NCBI GenBank assembly: GCA_051530055.1
Contig: CM121342.1
Coordinates: 6,261,489 to 6,325,488, forward strand
Length of the DNA stretch: 64,000 nucleotides
Source of the DNA: Neoechinorhynchus agilis
Lineage: Eukaryota > Animalia > Acanthocephala
Reading direction: 5' to 3'
Below, in pieces: positions 1-14,414 of this stretch; positions within the stretch are counted from its first letter, which is position 1; every line of letters begins with the position of its first letter. Position numbers and translations under genes: made by a program. The notes under the pieces are model-generated. The model made no database searches. It was not told the origin of the DNA and was given only the letters and a program-made list of their open reading frames with translations.

Positions 1-457
1 ATTCTGTCTCTCAAAAAAAGGGGCAATAAAGTAGGTCTATTTGGGCAAACAAACGATTGAATTTCTTGGGAGGTCGTACTGCACATACATTTCGAAATGG
101 TTTTATTGTTCTCCATCGGGCTTATAGGCAAAGGTTCGCCTAACCATAATATTTCTCTACATAGAACGTACAAAAGTCAATGATGAAAACTTATGTTTCT
201 CAAGTATGTATACAATATTAATGATTTAGTCTTTTTTGAATTTGTCCAAGTCATTACGAAGAAAATTCTTAATTATTCTTGGAACTTTCCGAAATTAAAA
301 AAACCATTTATATGCGAAATCGAACTTAGATTTGCTCAAACTGAGAGGATTTGCGCCGAAATGGGATGTCAAAGTTGTTTATTATTCAAGACCAAAAGGT
401 ATCGATTAGATCGGTTATTGGTTTTGCTTTTCTCGAAACTCGACTTTTCGTGATGAT
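1..457. repeat. Segmental duplicate (copy 1, cut by window edge) of 12494-12950
   Basis: Sequence matches at offset 12493; the 86-aa ORFs 193-453 and 12686-12946 are identical. No recognisable domain. Confidence 0.95.
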
Positions 458-1540
458 GACTTTTATTATGTGAAATCTGAGACACTTTTCAACTAATCAA
501 TTTTGATTCTAAAAATTTGAATATACTTTATGAACTATTTAATGTTCTTTGAAATTTGCTATTTAGTGTACGATTTTATTACTGGGACAACGTCTTAAAT
601 ATTGAAAATATACTTTGTAAAATTTTGACACGAAAAATAAGATTTTCCGTAAAATGTTTTTCCAGGATAGACTTTTATCATGTGAAATTTGAGAAGCTTT
701 TCAACTAATCAATTTTGATTCTAAAATTTGAATATACTTTATGAACTATTTAATAAGCTTTGAAATTTGCTATTTAGTGTAAGATTTTATTACTGGGACA
801 ACGTCTTAAATATTATAAATATACTTTGTAAAATTTTGACACGAAAAATAAGATTTTCCGTAAAATGTTTTTCCAAGGTAGACTTTTATCATGTGAAATC
901 TGAGACACTTTTAAACTAATGAATTTTGATTCTAAAAATTTAATATACTTTATGAACTATTTAATAAGCTTTGAAATTTGCTATTTAGTGTAAGATTTTA
1001 GTACTGGGACAACGACTTAAATATTATAAATAGACTTTGTAAAATTTTGACACGAAAAATAAGATTTTCCGTAAAATGTTTTTCCAAGATAGACTTTTAT
1101 TATGTGAAATCTGAGACACTTTTCAACTAATCAATTTTGATTCTAAAAATTTGAATATACTTTATGAACTATTTAATGTTCTTTGAAATTTGCTATTTAG
1201 CGTACGATTTTATTACTGGGACGACGACTTAAATATTAAAAATATACTTTGTAAAATTTTGACACGAAAAATAAGATTTTCCGTAAAATATTTTTCCAAG
1301 ATAGACTTTTATCATGTGAAATTTGAGAAGCTTTTAAACTAATCAATTTTGATTCTAAAATTTGAATATACTTTATGAACTATTTAATAAGCTTTGAAAT
1401 TTGCTATTTAGTGTAAGATTTTATTACTGGGACAACGTCTTAAATATTATAAATATACTTTGTAAAATTTTGACACGAAAAATAAGATTTTCCGTAAAAT
1501 GTTTTTCCAAGATAGACTTTTATCATGTGAAATCTGAGAC
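458..1540. repeat. Satellite A, ~211-212 bp unit, ~5 copies
   Basis: gacttttat(c/t)atgtgaaat recurs at 458, 670, 881, 1092, 1304, 1515. Confidence 0.95.
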
Positions 1541-2852
1541 AATGCGAAGAGAGGAAATACCGAGCTTAGTGATTATTAGAATTCTTCACACGGAGTAAAT
1601 AACGTTTTTTTTCTCCACTAAAATCGTTTCGAATTTCTCGTAGAAAACTGAGTCTTTAGTTTTGGGAAAAAGCCGTTATTTACCGTCGGTTAAAGTTCAA
1701 AATAATAGACGTTTTGAGTTCGCTACTCGACATCCGATAAAGATGAAACGTTCTCGTCTTCCACATGAAATTTCGATATGCGAGAGAAATACCGAGCTTA
1801 GTGATTATTAGAATTCTTCACACGGAGTAAATAACGTTTTTTTCTCCCTAAAATCGTTTCGAATTTCTCGTAGAAAACTGAGTCTTTAGTTTTGGGAAAA
1901 AGCGTTATACCGTCGGTTAAAGTTCAAAATAATAGACGTTTTGAGTTCGCTACTCGACATCCGATAAAGATGAAACGTTCTCGTCTTCCACATGAAATTT
2001 CGATATGCGAAGAGAGGAAATACCGAGCTTAGTGATTATTAGAATTCTTCACACGGAGTAAATAACGTTTTTTTTCTCCACTAAAATCGTTTCGAATTTC
2101 TCGTAGAAAACTGAGTCTTTAGTTTTGGGAAAAAGCCGTTATTTGTCGGTTAAAGTTCAAAATAATAGACGTTTTGAGTTCGCTACTCGACATCCGATAA
2201 AGATGAAACGTTCTCGTCTTACATGAAATTTCGATATGCAAGAGAGGAAATACCGAGCTTAGTGATTATTAGAATTCTTCACACGGAGTAAATAACGTTT
2301 TTTTTCTCCACTAAAATCGTTTCGAATTTCTCGTAGAAAACTGAGTCTTTAGTTTGGGAAAAAGCCGTTATTTACCGTCGGTTAAAGAGTTCAAAATAAT
2401 AGACGTTTTGAGTTCGCTACTCGACATCCGATAAAGATGAAACGTTCTCGTCTTCCACATGAAATTTCGATATGCGAAGAGAGGAAATACCGAGCTTAGT
2501 GATTATTAGAATTCTTCACACGGAGTAAATAACGTTTTTTTTCTCCACTAAAATCGTTTCGAATTTCTCGTAGAAAACTGAGTCTTTAGTTTTGGGAAAA
2601 AGCCGTTATTTACCGTCGGTTAAAGAGTTCAAATAATAGACGTTTTGATTCGCTACTCGACATCCGATAAAGATGAAACGTTCTCGTCTTCCACATGAAA
2701 TTTCGATATGCGAAGAGAGGAAATACCGAGCTTAGTGATTATTAGAATTCTTCACACGGAGTAAATAACGTTTTTTTCTCCACTAAAATCGTTTCGAATT
2801 TCTCGTAGAAAACTGAGTCTTTAGTTTTGGGAAAAAGCCGTTATTTACCGTC
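1541..2852. repeat. Satellite B, ~227-237 bp unit, ~5.5 copies
   Basis: atgcgaagagaggaaataccgag (or indel variant) at 1542, 1778, 2005, 2236, 2472, 2708. Confidence 0.95.
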
Positions 2853-5800
2853 TAGAAAACTTATAAGAAACTTTGATAAAGACGGACAAAATTATACATT
2901 CGAAAAATAATTCGGATTCAATAAATTCCTTTAATTCTCCGCCATAAAAAAAGAACATTAACAATTCAGTGTTTTAAACGTGTGATGAAAGTTTCAGGAT
3001 CTTAAATAATAGAAAACTTATAAGAAACTTTGATAAAGACGGACAAAATTATACATTCGAAAAATAATTCGGATTCAATAAATTCCTTTAATTCTCCGCC
3101 ATAAAAAAAGAACATTAACAATTCAGTGTTTTAAACGTGTGATGAAAGTTTCAGGATCTTAAATAATAGAAAACTTATAAGAAACTTTGATAAAGACGGA
3201 CAAAATTATACATTCGAAAAATAATTCGGATTCAATAAATTCCTTTAATTCTCCGCCATAAAAAAAGAACATTAACAATTCAGTGTTTTAAACGTGTGAT
3301 GAAAGTTTCAGGATCTTAAATAATAGAAAACTTATAAGAAACTTTGATAAAGACGGACAAAATTATACATTCGAAAAATAATTCGGATTCAATAAATTCC
3401 TTTAATTCTCGCCATAAAAAAAGAACATTAACAATTCAGTGTTTTAAACGTGTGATGAAAGTTTCAGGATCTTAAATAATAGAAAACTTATAAGAAACTT
3501 TGATAAAGACGGACAAAATTATACATTCGAAAAATAATTCGGATTCAATAAATTCCTTTAATTCTCCGCCATAAAAAAAGAACATTAACAATTCAGTGTT
3601 TTAAACGTGATGAAAGTTTCACGATTTTAAATAATAGAAAACTTATAAGAAACTTTGATAAAGACGGACAAAATTATCCATTCGAAAAATAATTCGGATT
3701 CAATAAATTCCTTTAATTCTTCGCCATAAAAAAGAACATTAACAATTCAGTGTTTTAAACGTGTGATGAAAGTTTCACGATCTTAAATAATAGAAAACTT
3801 ATAAGAAACTTTGATAAAGACGGACAAAATTATACATTCGAAAAATAATTCGGATTCAATAAATTCCTTTAATTCTCCGCCATAAAAAGAACATTAACAA
3901 TTCAGTGTTTTAAACGTGTGATGAAAGTTTCAGGATCTTAAATAATAGAAAACTTATAAGAAACTTTGATAAAGACGGACAAAATTATACATTCGAAAAA
4001 TAATTCGGATTCAATAAATTCCTTTAATTCTCCGCCATAAAAAGAACATTAACAATTCAGTGTTTTAAACGTGTGATGAAAGTTTCAGGATCTTAAATAA
4101 TAGAAAACTTATAAGAAACTTTGATAAAGACGGACAAAATTATACATTCGAAAAATAATCGGATTCAATAAATTCCTTTAATTCTCTGCCATAAAAAAAG
4201 AACATTAACATTCAGTGTTTTAAACGTGTGATGAAAGTTTCAGATCTTAAATAATAGAAAACTTATAAGAAACTTTGATAAAGACGGACAAAATTATACA
4301 TTCGAAAAATAATCGGATTCAATAAATTCCTTTGATTCTTTGCCATAAAAAAGAACATTAACAATTCAGTGTTTTAAACGTGTGATGAAAGTTTCACGAT
4401 CTTAAATAATAGAAAACTTATAAGAAACTTTGATAAAGACGGACAAAATTATACATTCGAAAAATAATTCGGATTCAATAAATTCCTTTGATTCTCCGCC
4501 ATAAAAAAGAACATTAACAATTCAGGGTTTTAAACGTGTGATGAAAGTTTCAGGATCTTAAATAATAGAAAACTTATAAGAAACTTTGATAAAGACGGAC
4601 AAAATTATGCATTCGAAAAATAATTCGGATTCAATAAATTCCTTTAATTCTCCGCCATAAAAAAAGAACATTAACAATTCAGTGTTTTAAACGTGTGATG
4701 AAAGTTTCAGGATCTTAAATAATAGAAAACTTATAAGAAACTTTGATAAAGACGGACAAAATTATCCATTCGAAAAATAATTCGGATTCAATAAATTCCT
4801 TTGATTCTCTGCCATAAAAAAGAACATTAACAATTCAGTGTTTTAAACGTGTGATGAAAGTTTCAGGATCTTAAATAATAGAAAACTTATAGGAAACTTT
4901 GATAAAGACGGACAAAATTATACATTCGAAAAATAATTCGGATTCAATAAATTCCTTTAATTCTCCGCCATAAAAAAAGAACATTAACAATTCAGTGTTT
5001 TAAACGTGTGATGAAAGTTTCAGGATCTTAAATAATAGAAAACTTATAGGAAACTTTGATAAAGACGGACAAAATTATACATTCGAAAAATAATTCGGAT
5101 TCAATAAATTCTTAATTCTCCCCATAAAAAAGAACATTAACAATTCAGTGTTTTAAACGTGTAAAGTTTCAGGATCTTAAATAATAGAAAACTTATAAGA
5201 AACTTTGATAAAGACGGACAAAATTATGCATTCGAAAAATAATTCGGATTCAATAAATTCCTTTAATTCTCCGCCATAAAAAAAGAACATTAACAATTCA
5301 GTGTTTTAAACGTGTGATGAAAGTTTCAGGATCTTAAATAATAGAAAACTTATAAGAAACTTTGATAAAGACGGACAAAATTATCATTCGAAAAATAATG
5401 GATTATAAAGACGGACAAAATTATACATTCGAAAAATAATCGGATTCAATAAATTCCTTTAATTCTCCGCCATAAAAAAGAACATTAACAATTCAGTGTT
5501 TTAAACGTGTGATGAAAGTTTCAGGATCTTAAATAATAGAAAACTTATAAGAAACTTTGATAAAGACGGACAAAATTATACATTCGAAAAATAATTCGGA
5601 TTCAATAAATTCCTTTGATTCTCTGCCATAAAAAAGAACATTAACAATTCAGTGTTTTAAACGTGTGATGAAAGTTTCAGGATCTTAAATAATAGAAAAC
5701 TTATAAGAAACCTCGATAAAGACGGACAAAATTATGCATTCGAAAAATAATTGGATTCAATAAATTCCTTTAATTCTCCGCCATAAAAAAAGAACATTAA

Positions 5801-8417
5801 CAATTCAGTGTTTTAAACGTGTGATGAAAGTTTCAGGATCTTAAATAATAGAAAACTTATAAGAAACTTTGATAAAGACGGACAAAATTATGCATTCGAA
5901 AAATAATCGGATTCAATAAATTCCTTTAATTCTCCGCCATAAAAAAAGAACATTAACAATTCAGTGTTTTAAACGTGTGATGAAAGTTTCAGGATCTTAA
6001 ATAATAGAAAACTTATAAGAAACTTTGATAAAGACGGACAAAATTATACATTCGAAAAATAATCGGATTCAATAAATTCCTTTGATTCTCCGCCATAAAA
6101 AAGAACATTAACAATTCAGTGTTTTAAACGTGTGATGAAAGTTTCAGGATCTTAAATAATAGAAAACTTATAAGAAACTTTGATAAAGACGGACAAAATT
6201 ATACATTCGAAAAATAATTCGGATTCAATAAATTCCTTTAATTCTCCGCCATAAAAAAAGAACATTAACAATTCAGTGTTTTAAACGTGTGATGAAAGTT
6301 TCAGGATCTTAAATAATAGAAAACTTATAAGAAACTTTGATAAAGACGGACAAAATTATACATTCGAAAAATAATCGGATTCAATAAATTCCTTTAATTC
6401 TCCGCCATAAAAAAAGAACATTAACAATTCAGTGTTTTAAACGTGTGATGAAAGTTTCAGGATCTTAAATAATAGAAAACTTATAAGAAACTTTGATAAA
6501 GACGGACAAAATTATCCATTCGAAAAATAATCGGATTCAATAAATTCCTTTAATTCTCTGCCATAAAAAAAGAACATTAACAATTCAGGGTTTTAAACGT
6601 GTGATGAAAGTTTCAGGATCTTAAATAATAGAAAACTTATAAGAAACTTTGATAAAGACGGACAAAATTATACATTCGAAAAATAATCGGATTCAATAAA
6701 TTCCTTTGATTCTTTGCCATAAAAAAGAACATTAACAATTCAGTGTTTTAAACGTGTGATGAAAGTTTCACGATTTTAAATAATAGAAAACTTATAAGAA
6801 ACTTTGATAAAGACGGACAAAATTATACATTCGAAAAATAATCGGATTCAATAAATTCCTTTAATTCTCCGCCATAAAAAAGAACATTAACAATTCAGTG
6901 TTTTAAACGTGTGAAGTTTCAGGATCTTATAATAGAAAACTTATAAGAAACTTTGATAAAGACGGACAAAATTATCATTCGAAAAATAATCGGATTCAAT
7001 AAATTCCTTATTCTCGCATAAAAAAGAACATTAACAATTCAGGGTTTTAAACGTGTGATGAAAGTTTCACGATTTTAAATAATAGAAAACTTATAAGAAA
7101 CTTTGATAAAGACGGACAAAATTATGCATTCGAAAAATAATCGGATTCAATAAATTCCTTTAATTTCCGCCATAAAAAAAGAACATTAACAATTCAGTGT
7201 TTTAAACGTGTGATGAAAGTTTCAGGATCTTAAATAATAGAAAACTTATAGGAAACTTTGATAAAGACGGACAAAATTATACATTCGAAAAATAATCGGA
7301 TTCAATAAATTCCTTTAATTCTCCGCCATAAAAAAGAACATTAACAATTCAGTGTTTTAAACGTGTGATGAAAGTTTCAGGATCTTAAATAATAGAAAAC
7401 TTATAAGAAACTTTGATAAAGACGGACAAAATTATCCATTCGAAAAATAATTCGATTCAATAAATTCCTTTGATTCTTTGATAAAAAAACATTAACAATT
7501 CAGTGTTTTAAACGTGTGATGAAAGTTTCAGGATCTAAAATAATAGAAAACTTATAGGAAACCTCGATAAAGACGGACAAAATTATACATTCGAAAAATA
7601 ATTCGGATTCAATAAATTCCTTTAATTCTCCACCATAAAAAAAGAACATTAACAATTCAGTGTTTTAAACGTGTGATGAAAGTTTCAGGATCTTAAATAA
7701 TAGAAAACTTATAGGAAACTTTGATAAAGACGGACAAAATTATGCATTCGAAAAATAATTCGGATTCAATAAATTCCTTTAATTCTCCACCATAAAAAAG
7801 AACATTAACAATTCAGTGTTTTAAACGTGTGATGAAAGTTTCAGGATCTTAATAATAGAAACTTATAGAAACTTTGTAAAGACGGACAATTATCGGATTT
7901 AATAAATCTTTATTCTTTGCCATAAAAAAGAACATTAACAATTCAGTGTTTTAAACGTGTGATGAAAGTTTCACGATTTTAAATAAGAGAAAACTTATAA
8001 GAAACTTTGATAAAGACGGACAAAATTATGCATTCGAAAAATAATCGGATTTTAATAAATTCCTTTGATTCTTTGCCATAAAAAGTTGCTGTAAGACGGA
8101 CAAAATTATCATTAAAAATATCGGATTAATAAATTCCTTTATTCTCCATAAAAAAGAACATTAACAATTCAGGGTTTTAAACGTGTGATGAAAGTTTCAC
8201 GATTTTAAATAAGAGAAAACTCATAAGAAGCTTTGATATAGACGGACAAAATTATGCATTAGAAAAATACTCGGATTGAATAAATTCCTTTAATTCTCCG
8301 CCATAAAAAAAGAACATTAACAATTCAGGGTTTTAAACGTGTGATGAAAGTTTCACGATTTTAAATAAGAGAAAACTTATAAGAAACTTTGATAAAGACG
8401 GACAAAATTATGCATTT
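2853..8417. repeat. Satellite C, 157 bp unit, ~35 copies
   Basis: tagaaaacttataagaaactttgataaagacggac at 2853, 3010, 3167 and onward to ~8417. Confidence 0.97.
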
Positions 8418-9360
8418 TAAAATGACCAAGGATTTCATAATTGATCTCTCGGACACTCTCATGAGTTTTTGCTGAGAAATCACGTTTCTCCCTATCACTA
8501 GGAATTTAAAAGGAAGGCCGTTTATTTGAAACCTTTTTAATAGGAAAAAATAAAGCTTTATTGTGTTTCTTGAAAAATTGGGCAAGATATTATTGGCTAC
8601 GCGCCGCCACTGGCGAGTTGGGATGTGATTGATTCTACGATTACAATTAAATTTAAATAATTTTAGAAATCAAACTTCTAGAATAGATCGGCTCAGACCG
8701 TGGAAAAGACCATGCTCTACAAATCTAAAGAACGATATCGCAAAACAAAGCGAATGTTGACGCTCGATCAGCTTCTCAATTATTATTAATAACGAAAATA
8801 CCAACTTGTAAGTGCTAAAATGGCCATATAAAAATTTTAAGAATTCTGAAATTCGAATGTGTTCATTACGGATTCTTCCTTTTACAAACATTTCGTCTTA
8901 TTTTTTTCTTTATATTGCACATAAGCGAATCACAATTTAGAACGTCAATTAATGAAATGTTAAGCAGTCGCTTTAGGGAAATATATTTTTGAAATCGAAA
9001 TATTTGTAACTAGCATAAAATATTATCGTTTAGAAATTAGTATTCTGATCTCTTTGCGACGACTTTAACTAAGTATGAACGTCATGCAATGGAAAATGGA
9101 CGCCGGATAATAAAACTTATAATAAAAATTTTAATATCTGGTCATTTATGATTAATTAGTGGATCATCGCTTTATGGAAAAAATCAATAATGGACATTTA
9201 TCACCGCGTGGCTCTTAATTTCCAAAAATAAAATTTAATCTTGCCAAGATCGAGAGAAAATACTTGTTTTTGTGGCGCAAAGAAATTTATTAATTCCGAT
9301 AATTCGAAGGCACAGCACGAATAGTTCAATCTTTAAAAAGTGTTGAAAAGATAATTCATT

Positions 9361-9550
9361 GTTATTTGTCGATAGGAGAAAATAAATGAAATTAAGAATT
9401 TATTGGATATTTCAATCCGCGATTGTTTGCAAAAAATCCGGAATGATCCAAATTTGTATCTGGATGAGCTGATTCATTCCGAGATAGTGGATCGAAATAT
9501 CAAATCAAGAAATTCTTAATTTCATTTATTTTCTTCTATCGACAAATAAT
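9361..9550. mobile_element. MITE-like fold-back element, ~55 bp imperfect inverted arms
   Basis: gttatttgtcgataggagaaaataaatgaaattaagaattt is mirrored by aaattcttaatttcatttattttcttctatcgacaaataat. No clear TSD. Confidence 0.7.
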
Positions 9551-10199
9551 CTTTAAAGTTCAGAAAATAAAGATTAACTTATTAATTCCCTTTCCCTATA
9601 TTTAATTACATATTATAAGCAACCTTAAGAAATTCGACGCGACGGACGAAATATTGCGAAAGGGATTTAATAATTTAATCTCTATATCGGCAAACAAAAA
9701 TATATCAATTTACAACTTCTTTACATCGGACCTTTGCTGCTTTTTATCTGCTTAATTTTGTTGCAAAACAATGTTCGGCGATCTTTATGAAATTTGCTAA
9801 AAAATCACATCAAAATATTCGATTTCACACTACTTTTGAGTTTTTACTGTTACGAATCAATAAGACAAATATCCTCTAAGGAGCTTCAAAAGTATTTGAG
9901 GCCAAGGAAATCTCTTGTTTCGAATTGCTTGTAAAAGAGGACAAAAAGCAATTAAATCTCAACAAAAATCGGTAGTTATGTATATTCGTAAAAACCCCAA
10001 AGTCAGGTAGTCGCAATTATATTACTATCAAAGCCTTGCTCAAATATTTGTTAGCACTCACATTGCTAATTGACGTGAGTTTGTTGCGATAAAATCGTAA
10101 ATAAAAAAGGAAACCGAATTTTAAGTGATGTGGCTTGTTTCGGACAATATTTGGAACATTTTCAACGCAAACTCGGCATCCCTATGCTAAGTAATTCGC

Positions 10200-10870
10200 A
10201 AAAAGACGGAAAAAGGTCGAATTGGCGTTGAGACACTCGGATCGTTTGGTACCGAGGCGTAGGACCTGGTCAAGTAATTGTTCAAGAGACTCCGACGACG
10301 ATCCAAGATCAGGAGCATTCGTTTCAGAAAACATAGCCAACGAGAAGGGAAAATTCTGCATCCGTCCTTTCGACCATTTAAACACCAGGACGGCAGCTGA
10401 ATGATCCGCAGCGAGAGGCAGTGGATGTCGAAAAACAAAAGAGGAGAACAAATATCTATAAGGATATGAGAAATCGACCTTTCCGGTTCATTTCTGTCAT
10501 GATACGCTGTTAATTCGACCCATTTTGTCAAACACTCCTCCCTAGAAGATATAAAACGATTCATCTTTATCTCTGGCATACCGGAATCCCCAGTCGCCGA
10601 TTATTCAATTTCGTCGTATCATTCAACTCCTTTGTCCCGACTCCCCATCAACTGTTATGCGCATTCCCTCCAAAAATTCTTTTAACCCACCTCAGATTCA
10701 CAACTTCCTTTTCGAATCTATCTACACTAAAAAGTTATTTTAATAAATCATCAAACCCCTACGACTCGATTAAAACATCTATACCATCATCGAATGTTAC
10801 CATAATCCCTACAACCTCAAATTTCCAGCATAAACTTCCGCTTTTAACGAACACTCTCTCAAGAAACAAG
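10200..10870 (+). pseudogene. Possible decayed LINE ORF1-like remnant
   Basis: GC-richer, broken reading frames; the peptide SLEDIKRFIFISGIPES resembles the IxISGIPE motif of LINE ORF1 proteins. One short motif only. Confidence 0.25.
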
Positions 10871-12493
10871 TAAAAAATCATCATTCAATCCCCCCCTACG
10901 AACCAATTCTCAACTAAAAACTCGTTCCTCACACTGCTAATCACCCATCCCAGCAAAAATGATTTCGATTCGCTCTCACACTTCTCCCTTTGGGATAATC
11001 AATCGTTTGAGATCGATAACTTGTATTGATTCCTCCCTTAATTTATCACCCACGACGAACAATGTAACCACAATCTATCCGAAATCCCCTTTCCAATCGT
11101 TCCCTTTCATCTAAATTCAAAAGCCGGAAATCAATTATAGCTAAGATGTATTTCGAAAGAGGAAACTTCGCCTCATGAGTCGTGATTTACGACTTTTACC
11201 CCTGCGCTGGATTGCGTTTTTATTGATTTTTAAAACGTCGGTGGTCCGTAATTTTATTGGACTCAGAGATATGTAAGATCTCAAGTGCAAGACGCTTGCT
11301 CCTTCTCGACAAAATTTGTCTTATCAAAATCTATGCGATGTTTCATAGTATCTTGGTGGTTAGATATGGCGGAGGAAATGGCCAACTAGAGCCATTCAAC
11401 AAAGATGAATTGATGAGGCTAGGTTTGATTGTTCGAAATATATATTAGCAGTAAAATAAATTTCCCGAAGGATTATCCCGGTATGATTTCTTTTTATATC
11501 GCTTATCGTTCACAATTTCTCAGCCTGACATTCCTCGAAAAAAATTTGCAGTCGACCGTTGCGATAATTATAAAGGTAAAATCGATAAAATGCTAGGGAA
11601 ATATTTTTCGTCGTTCAAGTAGAAATGAAGTTATGGATAATTTGCTTTGCAAAATTGATTGTACTAAATCAATTCTTATAAATCGATCAAAAATAAATTG
11701 GTGCGATCGTGAATAAATAATGAATTTTGGCTTCTGGGTGATGATAGCAATTGCTTTTTAAAAAGAGCTTCAAGAAGGTTAAGGTACTCAACTAGCTCGA
11801 TATAAACTGTGAGAACAAATGAAGAGTTATCATCTTATCCTTGCGTGAATTCGATATAATAAAATATTCATTTTTTTGCGGAAAATCTTTAAAATGATCA
11901 AGCGCAAAATACCGAATTTTAGAACGTATTTCTAAATCTTTGTTGCTTCATAACCGCTTTTGGGTCCCCATTGACCCTGTAAAAACACCATGAAAAAACA
12001 TTTTCTGAAGCACAATCAGATAGTTTTTCATGGATACTCTAATTTTCGTAATATGCGTTTATCTTTATCAAAACTATGAAGCCACTTCTCCGATAGGAGC
12101 TCTTCCTATCTGTTTATGGCTTCATAGTGTTTTTCTTTCCATAATAAAACCCCGACAAGTGCAACGATCTCTCCTTAGTCCCATAAGGGACCAATCTCTC
12201 ATCTTTAGCGTCTTATATAGGAAATCTCTATGCTCCGAATCTCATTGTGTTTTGCACGTAGATTCAATCACGAACTACAAAACTATTTTGGTTTTCCTCC
12301 CGTGACTCTGCGAAAAAAAAGAACCATTTGGGATAATGCGGGAAATAACTCTCGCTTGTGCAATTGGCAGTAGTATCCATCACATTTGGAAGCCAGGTTC
12401 GTGCGGAGATTTCCATTAATGGCACAATGTTTTAAGTGCGATAACAGGCTGCCAAGTCGCCAAGGAAAGTCGACATCTAACCGAATGCCAACC

Positions 12494-12950
12494 ATTCTGT
12501 CTCTCAAAAAAAGGGGCAATAAAGTAGGTCTATTTGGGCAAACAAACGATTGAATTTCTTGGGAGGTCGTACTGCACATACATTTCGAAATGGTTTTATT
12601 GTTCTCCATCGGGCTTATAGGCAAAGGTTCGCCTAACCATAATATTTCTCTACATAGAACGTACAAAAGTCAATGATGAAAACTTATGTTTCTCAAGTAT
12701 GTATACAATATTAATGATTTAGTCTTTTTTGAATTTGTCCAAGTCATTACGAAGAAAATTCTTAATTATTCTTGGAACTTTCCGAAATTAAAAAAACCAT
12801 TTATATGCGAAATCGAACTTAGATTTGCTCAAACTGAGAGGATTTGCGCCGAAATGGGATGTCAAAGTTGTTTATTATTCAAGACCAAAAGGTATCGATT
12901 AGATCGGTTATTGGTTTTGCTTTTCTCGAAACTCGACTTTTCGTGATGAT
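12494..12950. repeat. Segmental duplicate (copy 2) of 1-457
   Basis: Matches window start at offset 12493. Confidence 0.95.
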
Positions 12951-13236
12951 GACTTTTATTATGTGAAATCTGAGACACTTTTCAACTAATCAATTTTGAT
13001 TCTAAAAATTTGAATATACTTTATGAACTATTTAATGTTCTTTGAAATTTGCTATTTAGTGTACGATTTTATTACTGAAGACAACGTCTTAAATATTGAA
13101 AATATACTTTGTAAAATTTTGACACGAAAAATAAGATTTTCCGTAAAATGTTTTTCCAGGATAGACTTTTATCATGTGAAATTTGAGAAGCTTTTCAACT
13201 AATCAATTTTGATTCTAAAATTTGAATATACTTTAT
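12951..13236. repeat. Satellite A, ~1.3 copies
   Basis: Same unit as 458-1540. Confidence 0.9.
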
Positions 13237-14414
13237 ACAATGCGAAGAGAGGAAATACCGAGCTTAGTGATTATTAGAATTCTTCACACGGAGTAAATAA
13301 CGTTTTTTTTCTCCACTAAAATCGTTTCGAATTTCTCGTAGAAAACTGAGTCTTTAGTTTTGGGAAAAAGCCGTTATTTACCGTCGGTTAAAGAGTTCAA
13401 AATAATAGACGTTTTGAGTTCGCTACTCGACATCCGATAAAGATGAAACGTTCTCGTCTTCCACATGAAATTTCGATATGCGAAGAGAGGAAATACCGAG
13501 CTTAGTGATTATTAGAATTCTTCACACGGAGTAAATAACGTTTTTTTCTCCACTAAAATCGTTTCGAATTTCTCGTAGAAAACTGAGTCTTTAGTTTTGG
13601 GAAAAAGCCGTTATTTACCGTCGGTTAAAGAGTTCAAAATAATAGACGTTTTGAGTTCGCTACTCGACATCCGATAAAGATGAAACGTTCTCGTCTTCCA
13701 CATGAAATTTCGATATGCGAAGAGAGGAAATACCGAGCTTAGTGATTATTAGAATTCTTCACACGGAGTAAATAACGTTTTTTTCTCCACTAAAATCGTT
13801 TCGAATTTCTCGTAGAAAACTGAGTCTTTAGTTTTGGGAAAAAGCCGTTATTTACCGTCGGTTAAAGAGTTCAAAATAATAGACGTTTTGAGTTCGCTAC
13901 TCGACATCCGATAAAGATGAAACGTTCTCGTCTTCCACATGAAATTTCGATATGCGAAGAGAGGAAATACCGAGCTTAGTGATTATTAGAATTCTTCACA
14001 CGGAGTAAATAACGTTTTTTTCTCCACTAAAATCGTTTCGAATTTCTCGTAGAAAACTGAGTCTTTAGTTTTGGGAAAAAGCCGTTATTTACCGTCGGTT
14101 AAAGAGTTCAAAATAATAGACGTTTTGAGTTCGCTACTCGACATCCGATAAAGATGAAACGTTCTCGTCTTCCACATGAAATTTCGATATGCGAAGAGAG
14201 GAAATACCGAGCTTAGTGATTATTAGAATTCTTCACACGGAGTAAATAACGTTTTTTTTCTCCACTAAAATCGTTCGAATTTCTCGTAGAAAACTGAGTC
14301 TTTAGTTTTGGAAAAAAGCCGTTATTTACCGTCGGTTAAAGAGTTCAAAATAATAGACGTTTTGAGTTCGCTACTCGACATCCGATAAAGATGAAACGTT
14401 CTCGTCTTCCACAT
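13237..14414. repeat. Satellite B, 237-238 bp unit, ~5 copies
   Basis: Unit starts at 13240, 13478, 13715, 13952, 14189. Confidence 0.95.

Noticed and set aside
193-453. 86-aa ORF (and twin 12686-12946) and other ORFs within satellites (e.g. 39113-40313, 50336-50723, 62069-63268)
   Set aside because: No domain, AT-driven composition, and they recur only because the DNA repeats.
2853-8417. CRISPR-like periodicity in the arrays (also 60445-64000)
   Set aside because: Whole units repeat with no unique spacers, there are no cas genes, and the context is eukaryotic.
12095-12480. Short matches to LSU rRNA (gctcttcctatc, gataacaggctg)
   Set aside because: Only ~12-nt matches, in the wrong order, with no surrounding conservation.
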